Assembly: GCA_021774625.1 (NCBI GenBank)
Contig: JAJFIV010000033.1
Coordinates: forward strand, 20,732-84,731
Origin: Alphaproteobacteria bacterium
GTDB taxonomy: Bacteria > Pseudomonadota > Alphaproteobacteria > Sphingomonadales > JAKSBY01
Length of the DNA: 64,000 bases
Direction: 5' to 3'
The notes under the pieces are model-generated. The model saw only the letters and a list, made by a program, of their open reading frames with translations. It ran no database searches and had not been told where the DNA came from. Position 1 is the first letter of the stretch, and the number at the start of each line of letters is the position of its first letter. Below, in pieces: positions 56,560 to 64,000 of this stretch. The translations under genes and the position numbers were made by a program.

Positions 56560-57378
56560 TCATCCAACAACCGGCACGGTTTCCTGCAGCATGCCGCCAA
56601 TCCTGACGGGCTCAATGCGTTTGGCAAGGCCGGTCTTGTCATCGGTTTCCACATAGACCGCGCACAATGTCCCTTTGCCCAGCGCCGGTGAAAAAGCCCT
56701 TGATCCGATCTTGCGGGTAAAGCGGCGGAGCGGTTCCTCCTTTTCCATGCCGATCACCGAATCATAATCACCGGTCATGCCGGCATCGGTCTGATAGGCG
56801 GTGCCGCCCTTCAGAATATGCGCATCCGCCGTCGGCACATGGCTGTGGGTGCCGACCACCAGGCTCGCCCGGCCATCGGCGAAATGCCCCATCGCCATTT
56901 TTTCCGACGTCGCCTCCGCATGAATATCAATCAGGATCGCATGGGTCGCCACGCCGAGCCGGTTGTTGTTCAGTTCCTGATCAACCAGCGGAAACGGATT
57001 ATCCAGATCATTCATGAAAACCTGCCCCATGGCATTCATCACAAGAATTGTCCGCCCACGGGATAATTCATATTTGCCTGCGCCTTTTCCCGGTGTGCCT
57101 GAAGGATAATTGATCGGCCGCAGGATACGCGGTTCCTGATCCATATAGGGCATGATTTCTTTCTTGTCCCAGGCATGATTGCCGGTGGTGATACAGCCAA
57201 CCCCGGCCGCAAAGAGTTCGTCGGCAATTTTCGGCGTGATCCCGAAACCGCCGGCCGCGTTTTCTCCATTGACCACGGTAAAATCAAGCGCCAGGTCCGA
57301 TTGCAGACGCGGCAGATGCTCCAGCAGAACCGTGCGGCCCGACCGCCCGACAATATCACCGACAAAGAGAATTTTCAC
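56560..57378 (-). CDS. YmdB-like metallophosphoesterase (TIGR00282-type)
   Basis: Begins (V)KILFVGDIVGRSGR and contains GENAAGGFG and TGNHAWD. GTG 57378 follows GGAAAGG. The ORF-track start is 57399. Confidence 0.85.
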   Translation of the reverse strand: MKILFVGDIVGRSGRTVLLEHLPRLQSDLALDFTVVNGENAAGGFGITPKIADELFAAGVGCITTGNHAWDKKEIMPYMDQEPRILRPINYPSGTPGKGAGKYELSRGRTILVMNAMGQVFMNDLDNPFPLVDQELNNNRLGVATHAILIDIHAEATSEKMAMGHFADGRASLVVGTHSHVPTADAHILKGGTAYQTDAGMTGDYDSVIGMEKEEPLRRFTRKIGSRAFSPALGKGTLCAVYVETDDKTGLAKRIEPVRIGGMLQETVPVVG

Positions 57379-57425
57379 AATGAGAGCCTTTCCGCCCATT
57401 ACAGGTAAATATAGAGAGCAACGAT

Positions 57426-57989
57426 CTACTCATCCCAGTTGTTGCGGATATAATCGGCGGTCGATGCATACCCTTTTTTGTGAAGACGCTCTGCGGTTGC
57501 CGCCAGTTTTTCGCGGCCATGAGGCGGGATACCAAGGCCGTTGACCAAACGGTTGGCGAGATTGAACAGAGCGCAAATTGAAACGGCATGATAAAGCGAG
57601 GTCTCGTCCCATCCGGCAGCGAAAATGGCGTCCGCGTCTTTTGCTGTTATCTTGCCCGGCTCATTATTCAGCTTGGTCATAAATTCGAGTATGACCCGCA
57701 GATTCTCTTCTATCGGCGCCGTTTTCAAATCCGTCAGCAGCGCCTCGACAAGGTCACCGTCAAGCCCGAAACGCTCAGCCACTGCGGCATGTTCATCGCA
57801 GCAGAAGCCGCAGCCATTCAGACCGGAAATATAGGCGCCAAGCAACTCCCGTTCAGCCACCGAGAAAGGCGAAGACCCGCGCAGCAACGCTTCATGATAT
57901 TCAGCCAGCGGCATGCCCAATTTGGGATCGATCCTTAAAACGGCCTTCAGATCAGCATCGGGGGCAGATTTCAGAAAACTCATCTGCAA
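57426..57989 (-). CDS. Carboxymuconolactone decarboxylase/AhpD-like (peroxidase-related) protein
   Basis: 187 aa. Contains a CxxC...H-type motif (NGCGFCCDEH). Confidence 0.7.
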   Translation of the reverse strand: MQMSFLKSAPDADLKAVLRIDPKLGMPLAEYHEALLRGSSPFSVAERELLGAYISGLNGCGFCCDEHAAVAERFGLDGDLVEALLTDLKTAPIEENLRVILEFMTKLNNEPGKITAKDADAIFAAGWDETSLYHAVSICALFNLANRLVNGLGIPPHGREKLAATAERLHKKGYASTADYIRNNWDE

Positions 57990-58065
57990 TTCCCGGCAAG
58001 AATTGCGGGGCAGATGTCAAATCCCGGGGCGGGACGCCCGGCACGATGATCGCGAATAAGACTTT

Positions 58066-58656
58066 TCACAGACGACTCTTCTTGAACCGGCGGATGCCCT
58101 GCTCGGTCGCAACCGCATCCAGCGGCTCATCATACACATCAATTGGCACGCGGTCCACCTCCTGCCCGGCAAAAGCCAGACCAATGACAATCGGGCGCCC
58201 TTTCAGCCGGAGAGCCGCGATGGTGCGGTCATAAAAGCCACCTCTCTGCCCGAGCCGGTTGCCGCCGGCATCGAAAGCGACAAGCGGCGCCAGCACCAGG
58301 GAAGGCGTCAGTTCCGGCTGATCCTCAATCGGATTATCCAGTCCATACCGATCCCGAACCAGAACGTCCCCCCGCCGCCAGCGCCGGAAGATCAAAGACT
58401 GTCCCTTTCCGCCCACCACCGGAAGGCAGCAGGTCATGCCGGCCGCATCCAGCCTTTTCAGCAGCGGCCGGCAGTCCATCTCTCCTGTCCCCGGCCAATA
58501 GGCGGAAACAGGACCGGAAAGAGCCTTCTCCTGGATAAAATCGGTCACATGCGCCGCCAGCGCCGCTGCGGCGGCAACGCCAACGGTTTCGGAAAGACGC
58601 GTTCGAACCATCCGCATTTTTTTTCGCAACGCCGCTTTTTCGTCTGTGAGGGTCAT
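58066..58656 (-). CDS. 5-formyltetrahydrofolate cyclo-ligase
   Basis: 196 aa with a family-typical N-terminus (KAALRKKMR) and C-terminal GGFYDR. Confidence 0.85.
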   Translation of the reverse strand: MTLTDEKAALRKKMRMVRTRLSETVGVAAAAALAAHVTDFIQEKALSGPVSAYWPGTGEMDCRPLLKRLDAAGMTCCLPVVGGKGQSLIFRRWRRGDVLVRDRYGLDNPIEDQPELTPSLVLAPLVAFDAGGNRLGQRGGFYDRTIAALRLKGRPIVIGLAFAGQEVDRVPIDVYDEPLDAVATEQGIRRFKKSRL

Positions 58657-58739
58657 AGCGTACTCATAGAGGAAAATGACGGGAACGTGTAGCCATAAAC
58701 AGGAGACAGCCAGCAGACGGCGCTTTGTATCCGGCTCTA

Positions 58740-59537
58740 TTAAAACAGGATCTCCAGAATTCTATGATGGCAGATAAATCCGGATTTTTCTATCGTTTTT
58801 CGGGCGGCGAGATTGTCGTGCCCGGTGGAGCAGATCGCGGTCAGCCCGTTTTCGCGGCAATATTGAAGAAGATAACGCAGGATGTTGGTCGCAAGCCCTT
58901 TACCGCGGTGATTTTCTGCCACCACCATGCCGAGATCGGCGCAGGGTTTTTGTGTCCTGCTCGGCCGGCATTCGCCCGTCGCCATGAGTTGGTTACCCTG
59001 CCATAGGCCAAAAAGCTCTCCGCCCGCTATGCGTTCGGAAAAATAAGCTTTCAGCCAGTCCGGATCAGCGCCCAGGGTTTGGACGCCAAAATCGAGCGTT
59101 GCCTCCAGTTCATTGATTTTAACGGGTCTGAAGTGTGACTGCGCCGGGAAGACGGCCTTTTTTATCTCATAGTCCTTTTCGACGTGATAGAGCAGCGCGT
59201 TCACTGCCACGGATTTCTGATGATCAAGGCAGTTGGACAGATATTGCCCGTCCCCGGTCGATAAAAAAGCGCCGGTCACTTTCAGCTCGGTCAGAACCCG
59301 GCTGAAAATCCGGCCGGCATCCCGCGCGCCGGCAACATAAAACTGCAGAAGCCTCTGCTCGGAATTTATGACACAATAGCCGACCACCTCATCCCCGCAA
59401 ATAATGGAATAATGATCGGCAAGGGTGACAAAACACTCCCACATTCCGTCGAGAGGCGCCGCCAATTGTCGAAGATAGCGCTGTTTCAGGCCCGTCAGTT
59501 CGTTGGGCGCCGTTCTTATGAAGCGATGGTTTGTCAT
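58740..59537 (-). CDS. GNAT-family N-acetyltransferase with an N-terminal extra domain
   Basis: 265 aa. C-terminal acetyl-CoA motif VVAENHRGKGLATNIL. Overlaps the upstream TetR gene by 4 nt. Confidence 0.75.
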   Translation of the reverse strand: MTNHRFIRTAPNELTGLKQRYLRQLAAPLDGMWECFVTLADHYSIICGDEVVGYCVINSEQRLLQFYVAGARDAGRIFSRVLTELKVTGAFLSTGDGQYLSNCLDHQKSVAVNALLYHVEKDYEIKKAVFPAQSHFRPVKINELEATLDFGVQTLGADPDWLKAYFSERIAGGELFGLWQGNQLMATGECRPSRTQKPCADLGMVVAENHRGKGLATNILRYLLQYCRENGLTAICSTGHDNLAARKTIEKSGFICHHRILEILF

Positions 59538-60106
59538 CCGGGCAAATCCTTATAATTGCGAAAGACCTGTTGCAGCATTTCCTCCAGGGGGAAGTCCTTA
59601 AAAACAGAAAGATAGTGCAGGGCAATGCCGTCCAGTTCAGTAATGAACCGCCGGGCGGCAAGATTGGGATCCGGGATGCCGGCGTCCCGAAACATTTCCT
59701 CGGTCAGGGACAAAAGGCGGGCGGCCCGCCTTTGAAGAGGCGCCTGTACGATTTTCTTCAGATCCGGCTGAAAAAGCAGACTCAGTTGAAAGGACAGATA
59801 GTTTTTATTTGTTTTTAATGCGAGATGATACTGATCGAGAAAGTCACGCAGAGCCTGTTGATACTCTCCCTGCGGCGACAGGCTGCCGGCGACCCCGAAT
59901 ATTTTTTCGTTGGCCTGATCAATAATGGCCAAAAGTAATGCGTTCTTACTTTTGAAATAATTATAGGCCAGACCCTTTGAGACACCCGCCGCCTCGGCAA
60001 TCCGGCTGACTGAAGTCGAGTGGAAGCCATTCTCGGCAAATAATTTTACCGCCGCCTGTAAAATTTTATCTTTTCCCCGCTGTGGTCTCATGTGCGGCCA
60101 TCTCAT
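59534..60106 (-). CDS. TetR/AcrR-family transcriptional regulator
   Basis: 190 aa. HTH region FHSTSVSRIAEAAGVSKGLAYNYFKSK. Confidence 0.85.
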   Translation of the reverse strand: MRWPHMRPQRGKDKILQAAVKLFAENGFHSTSVSRIAEAAGVSKGLAYNYFKSKNALLLAIIDQANEKIFGVAGSLSPQGEYQQALRDFLDQYHLALKTNKNYLSFQLSLLFQPDLKKIVQAPLQRRAARLLSLTEEMFRDAGIPDPNLAARRFITELDGIALHYLSVFKDFPLEEMLQQVFRNYKDLPG

Positions 60107-60125
60107 AATGAATATTTAAAATGAC

Positions 60126-60139
60126 TGACTGACCAGTCA
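60126..60139. promoter_or_regulatory. 6-2-6 palindrome TGACTG-AC-CAGTCA next to the TetR start (candidate operator)
   Basis: Spans 60126-60139, 20 nt upstream of the TetR ATG at 60106 (minus strand). Confidence 0.3.
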
Positions 60140-60328
60140 ATTAAACCTTGTGTAAATCCACCGGGTTTTTTTGTCAAGCTGCAAACGCAACCTGAAAATA
60201 GCCCGGCTGTTCAGATATTTGCGGAATGCGCCGTTTCCGTCTAATCCGTGCGCGGCCTGTTCGTTCGCGGCCCATTCGTTCGCGGCCATGCCTCAAGAAT
60301 CTCTCTCTCTTTTGTCAATTATTTCTAA

Positions 60329-60344
60329 TATAGAATATTCTATA
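60329..60344. promoter_or_regulatory. Perfect 16-bp palindrome TATAGAATATTCTATA (candidate operator)
   Basis: Spans 60329-60344, in the 369-bp divergent gap between the TetR gene and the membrane-protein gene. Confidence 0.35.
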
Positions 60345-60475
60345 CGATATTTATAAATAACCCTTCCGGCGGGACCGGTATTTTTTTAAAGGAGAGGCAA
60401 TTTGCATGAACGGGAATTTATGTCATAGAAAGACGGGTTCAATTTAAGGGCTACTGATTCCAGGGGTACGATAAA

Positions 60476-61003
60476 ATGGCCACGGCAGCAGAAAAGAAAA
60501 GCAATCCCGCCTCCCCCGGAGCGGCAGACGATAACGGACGTTTGGCATGGGAACTTGCGCTGCATGAAGAGCGCATGATGAACCAGCGATCCAACCTGTT
60601 CCTGGTTTCGGAATCCATGATGCTGGCCGCCTATATTTCGGGCTGGGACCGGCTGCCGCAGGATGCCCTGTTCGCCGTGGCCGTGCTCGGCATCCTGATA
60701 TCCGTCATCTGGGCGCTGATCAACGGCCGGCAGCACCGCGACATGCGGGTGGCGGTCATTGCGACGCATCACCTTATGCCGGAATTCACCGGAATTCAGA
60801 CGGCCCTTAAAAGCGGGATTTACGCCGGTAAATCCTTTGAAAAATACACCGGATTACGCGTCCTGAACCGCGACTGGTCGCTCTATATCTTTCTTTACGG
60901 CCTGCCCGTCATCTTGGGCGCGCTGTGGGGCTATCTGTTTTTTCTGGTCTTCACCCGAGGGCCCGACACAGCGGACTTTCTTTCCTATCCGCCCCTCATG
61001 TGA
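60476..61003 (+). CDS. Hypothetical membrane protein
   Basis: 175 aa with about four hydrophobic segments. No recognisable family. Confidence 0.45.
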   Translation: MATAAEKKSNPASPGAADDNGRLAWELALHEERMMNQRSNLFLVSESMMLAAYISGWDRLPQDALFAVAVLGILISVIWALINGRQHRDMRVAVIATHHLMPEFTGIQTALKSGIYAGKSFEKYTGLRVLNRDWSLYIFLYGLPVILGALWGYLFFLVFTRGPDTADFLSYPPLM

Positions 61004-61113
61004 ATATTGCGGTGAAAATAATCTGCTGAATAGGCATGTTAAAAAAATAGCTTTTTTTGCAGGGTTAACGCTAAGCTTAGCTTAATAAATCCATCAGGGC
61101 ACAGGGGCAGATC

Positions 61114-64000
61114 ATGTTTCAGCAAGCAACAATCCGGAAAGTCATCCTGACCGTCATTATGGTCACCATCGCCAGCAGCGCGCCTGTCAGAGCGCAGGAT
61201 GACGATGACCATCCGATTGATCCGGCGCTTTATCAGGCGCTGGAATGGCGGGAGGTTGGCCCTTATCGCGGCGGGCGGGTGACAACGGCGACGGGCGTGC
61301 CGTCCCAGCCCAATGTCTATTACATGGGAGCAACCGGCGGCGGGGTGTGGAAGACTACCAACGCGGGCGCAAGCTGGCAGAATATTTCCGATGAATATTT
61401 CAAGGTCGGCTCGATTGGCGCGGTGGCGGTCTCGCTGTCCGATCCCAATGTGGTTTATGCGGGGACCGGAGAATCGCCGATTCGCGGGGTCACCACTTCC
61501 CATGGCGATGGCGTCTGGAAATCGACGGACGCCGGCAAGACCTGGACCCATATGGGCCTCGCCGCCACCCGGCAGATTTCCAAAATCCGCCTTCATCCCA
61601 CCAATCCGGATATTGCCTATGTGGCGGCGCAGGGCAACCCTTGGGGCGCCAATGAGGAACGCGGCGTCTACCGCACCAGGGATGGCGGCGCAACGTGGGA
61701 GCAGGTGCTGGCCGCCGATGAGAATACCGGGGCGGCGGACCTTTCGATGGATGCCAACAATCCCCGTATTCTCTACGCCGCCATGTGGGATCATCAGCGC
61801 ACACCGTGGTTCATCCGTTCCGGCGGGCCCGGCGGCGGGCTCTATAAGACCACCGATGGCGGCGATACCTGGGAAAAGCTGGAGGGCGGCTTGCCGGATC
61901 TCGTGGGCAAGATCGGCGTTGCCGTCTCACCGGCCAATTCCGAGCGCGTCTATGCCATTGTGGAAGCAGAAGACGGCGGGCTCTACCGGTCCGACAATGC
62001 CGGCAAAAGCTGGTCCCGGATCAATCCTGACCGCGTCATTCAGGCCCGCGCCTGGTATTATAACCACATCACCGCCGACACGCAGGATGAAAACACCGTC
62101 TGGATCATGAATGCGCCGCTTTTGAAATCCATTGATGGCGGCAAAAGCTTCACCCCAGTCGATACGCCGCATGGCGATCATCACGATCACTGGATACATC
62201 CTGACAATAACAGGATCATGATCAACGCCAATGACGGCGGGGCGACGGTTACCTTTGATGGCGGCAAAACCTGGTCGCGGGAGGACAATCAGCCGACGGC
62301 GCAATTTTACCGGGTCGCCACCGATAACCGCTTTCCTTATTATATCTATGGCGGGCAGCAGGATAATTCCACCGTCGCCATCGCCAGCCGCAGTTTCGAG
62401 GGCGGTATCGGACGCGAGGATTATTATGATGTCGGCGGCGGAGAAAGCGCCCATATCGTGTTTGATCCGGATCATCCGCGCCTTGTCTACGCCACCACCA
62501 TCAACACGACGCTAACGGAATACGATGCGGAAACCCGGCGCACCCGGCCCATCAAGCCCTATCCGGAATATACTTTCGGCCGTGATCCCAAAGACCATAA
62601 ATACCGCGCCAACTGGAACGCACCGCTGGCCATTTCGCCCCACGACTATAACGTCATTTATTATGGGGCTCAGGTGTTGCTGCGCAGCAATGACCGGGGC
62701 CTGACCTGGCAGGAAATTTCCCCCGATCTCACCCGGAACGAAGAGGAGAAGCAAAGCAGGAACGGCGGGCCCATCACCAATGAACAGGCGGGCGCGGAAA
62801 CCTATAACACCATCTTCTATATCGTGGAATCACCGCACGAGGCCGGCGCCATCTGGGTCGGCAGCGATGACGGGCTGGTGCATCTGACCCGGAATGGCGG
62901 CGGGAATTGGGCCAATGTCACTCCGCGCGGACTGGGGGAAGCCCAGATCAACGCCATTGAAATCTCCCCCCATGATCCGACCAAGGCCTATATCGCGGTG
63001 GCCGGTTACAAGATGAATGACTTCACGCCCGCGATCTACAAAACGGAGAATTACGGCCGAAGCTGGCGGAAAATAGTGGACGGCCTGCCGGCGGACACCT
63101 TTGTTCGCGTGGTGCGGGAAGACCCGGAGCGGGCCGGGCTCCTTTATGCCGGGACCGAAGCCGGCATGTTCGTGTCCTTCGATGACGGTGGCAACTGGCA
63201 GCCGTTACAGTTGAACCTGCCCCCGGTGCCGGTCACCGACCTGACGCTGCGCCAGGGTGATCTGGTAGCGGCGACCCAGGGGCGCGGCTTCTGGGTGCTG
63301 GACAATCCGGCCCCGCTGCGCCAGATCAGCGAAGATTTCGCCGATACCGCCCTGCATCTCTATGCTCCGGCAAACGCCTATCGCATGTCCACTGGCGGCA
63401 GTGGTGAATTTCAGGGCAAAAACCCGCCGTCCGGCGCTGTCATTTATTATTATCTGGCCGCAGACCCGGGCGGTGATACCGGCCCGGTCACCTTCGAGAT
63501 TCTCGATAACGCCGGCACTGTGATCCGCACGGAACGGGCCGAAGACAATGACCGCAATGCCTGCATGGTGGCCAATAGCGATCCCCGCAATCCGCTGGAA
63601 ATCAAACTCCACGAACCCAAACAGGGAATGAACCGCTGGGTATGGGATCTGCGCTGGGACGGCTTTGCCTGCATTGATCATATGCGCATGTTTGCCGGAT
63701 GGCAGGGCGCCCGCGTGATGCCCGGCGATTATCAGGTGCGGGTAAGCGCCGCCGGGGAAACGGCTGTGCAGTCCTTTACGGTTCTGGCCGACCCGCGTGT
63801 CGATATTCCTGCGGATCAGTTCGCCGAACTCGACGGATTCCTGGCGGAAGTCACCGGTCTTATGACCGATCTGCAGGGTCGGCTGGAACGGCTCCGCGCC
63901 TCGCGTGATCAGGCGCTGCGGCTTGCGGAGCTGACGGAAGGCCATGCCCGGCATGGCGAGATCAAAGCCGCCGCCGAGGCCATTGACGCACAAGTCAAAG
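61114..64000 (+). CDS. Sortilin/VPS10-like BNR (Asp-box) repeat beta-propeller protein (3' end outside the window; absent from the ORF track)
   Basis: My own translation shows the frame open from ATG 61114 to the window end. Signal peptide ending APVRAQD. Repeated Asp-box motifs (TTNAGASW, STDAGKTW, TRDGGATW, TTDGGDTW, SDNAGKSW, SIDGGKSF, FDGGKTW, SNDRGLTW, TRNGGGNW, TENYGRSW, FDDGGNW). Confidence 0.85.
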   Translation, partial: MFQQATIRKVILTVIMVTIASSAPVRAQDDDDHPIDPALYQALEWREVGPYRGGRVTTATGVPSQPNVYYMGATGGGVWKTTNAGASWQNISDEYFKVGSIGAVAVSLSDPNVVYAGTGESPIRGVTTSHGDGVWKSTDAGKTWTHMGLAATRQISKIRLHPTNPDIAYVAAQGNPWGANEERGVYRTRDGGATWEQVLAADENTGAADLSMDANNPRILYAAMWDHQRTPWFIRSGGPGGGLYKTTDGGDTWEKLEGGLPDLVGKIGVAVSPANSERVYAIVEAEDGGLYRSDNAGKSWSRINPDRVIQARAWYYNHITADTQDENTVWIMNAPLLKSIDGGKSFTPVDTPHGDHHDHWIHPDNNRIMINANDGGATVTFDGGKTWSREDNQPTAQFYRVATDNRFPYYIYGGQQDNSTVAIASRSFEGGIGREDYYDVGGGESAHIVFDPDHPRLVYATTINTTLTEYDAETRRTRPIKPYPEYTFGRDPKDHKYRANWNAPLAISPHDYNVIYYGAQVLLRSNDRGLTWQEISPDLTRNEEEKQSRNGGPITNEQAGAETYNTIFYIVESPHEAGAIWVGSDDGLVHLTRNGGGNWANVTPRGLGEAQINAIEISPHDPTKAYIAVAGYKMNDFTPAIYKTENYGRSWRKIVDGLPADTFVRVVREDPERAGLLYAGTEAGMFVSFDDGGNWQPLQLNLPPVPVTDLTLRQGDLVAATQGRGFWVLDNPAPLRQISEDFADTALHLYAPANAYRMSTGGSGEFQGKNPPSGAVIYYYLAADPGGDTGPVTFEILDNAGTVIRTERAEDNDRNACMVANSDPRNPLEIKLHEPKQGMNRWVWDLRWDGFACIDHMRMFAGWQGARVMPGDYQVRVSAAGETAVQSFTVLADPRVDIPADQFAELDGFLAEVTGLMTDLQGRLERLRASRDQALRLAELTEGHARHGEIKAAAEAIDAQVK

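Noticed and set aside
58657-58739. Looked for a 6S RNA (ssrS), which often lies immediately upstream of the 5-formyltetrahydrofolate cyclo-ligase gene
   Set aside because: The gap is only 83 nt and is followed directly by a convincing GNAT gene. I saw no 6S-like extended hairpin with a central bubble.
61039-63993. Several 80-265-aa ORFs on both strands (61039..61794, 61313..62110, 61927..62475, 63205..63993 and others)
   Set aside because: All lie within or antisense to the long Asp-box repeat gene, which is open from 61114 to the window end.

Overview
Chromosomal segment of a GC-rich alphaproteobacterium (GC judged by eye, not computed). The taxon call rests on gene order and on promoter motifs typical of the class. 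Most of the window is conserved housekeeping core:
- ybgC-tolQ-tolR-tolA-tolB-pal-cpoB-tilS-ftsH-folP-glmM-thiD
- pyrF / serC-serA-hisZ-purA
- a TRAP transporter operon
- an MFP-RND efflux operon
- suhB-efp, thiE-fba, rpoH, rluD and cspA

Less conserved stretches lie at about 25.6-27.1 kb, 31.4-39.1 kb and 52.6-61.1 kb. I saw no rRNA, tRNA, CRISPR array, prophage or recognisable defence system.

Signals worth a second look:
1. An asparagine-synthetase homologue lacking the N-terminal Cys nucleophile sits divergently next to a PhyH-type Fe/2OG dioxygenase gene. That dioxygenase gene is split by an IS630-family element and also carries a frameshift.
2. The IS has a perfect 26-bp hairpin over its own start codon and an A8 tract separating its two transposase frames.
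3. Three GGAAC-N16-(C/T)GTT motifs of the EcfG (general stress response) promoter type precede stress-type small genes. Two of them are back to back.
4. A CTTG-N17-CTTATTT motif of the sigma-32 type precedes ftsH, and rpoH lies in the same window.
5. A BIME-like inverted pair of GC-rich 40-bp units lies inside the TRAP operon and covers the dctM ribosome-binding site. Related or analogous palindromes occupy convergent intergenic gaps.
6. Several palindromic candidate operators were found.

I cannot point to a clearly novel multi-gene system. The AsnB-like/dioxygenase pair and the putative stress islet are the best candidates. All family names come from motif recognition by eye, with no database search.
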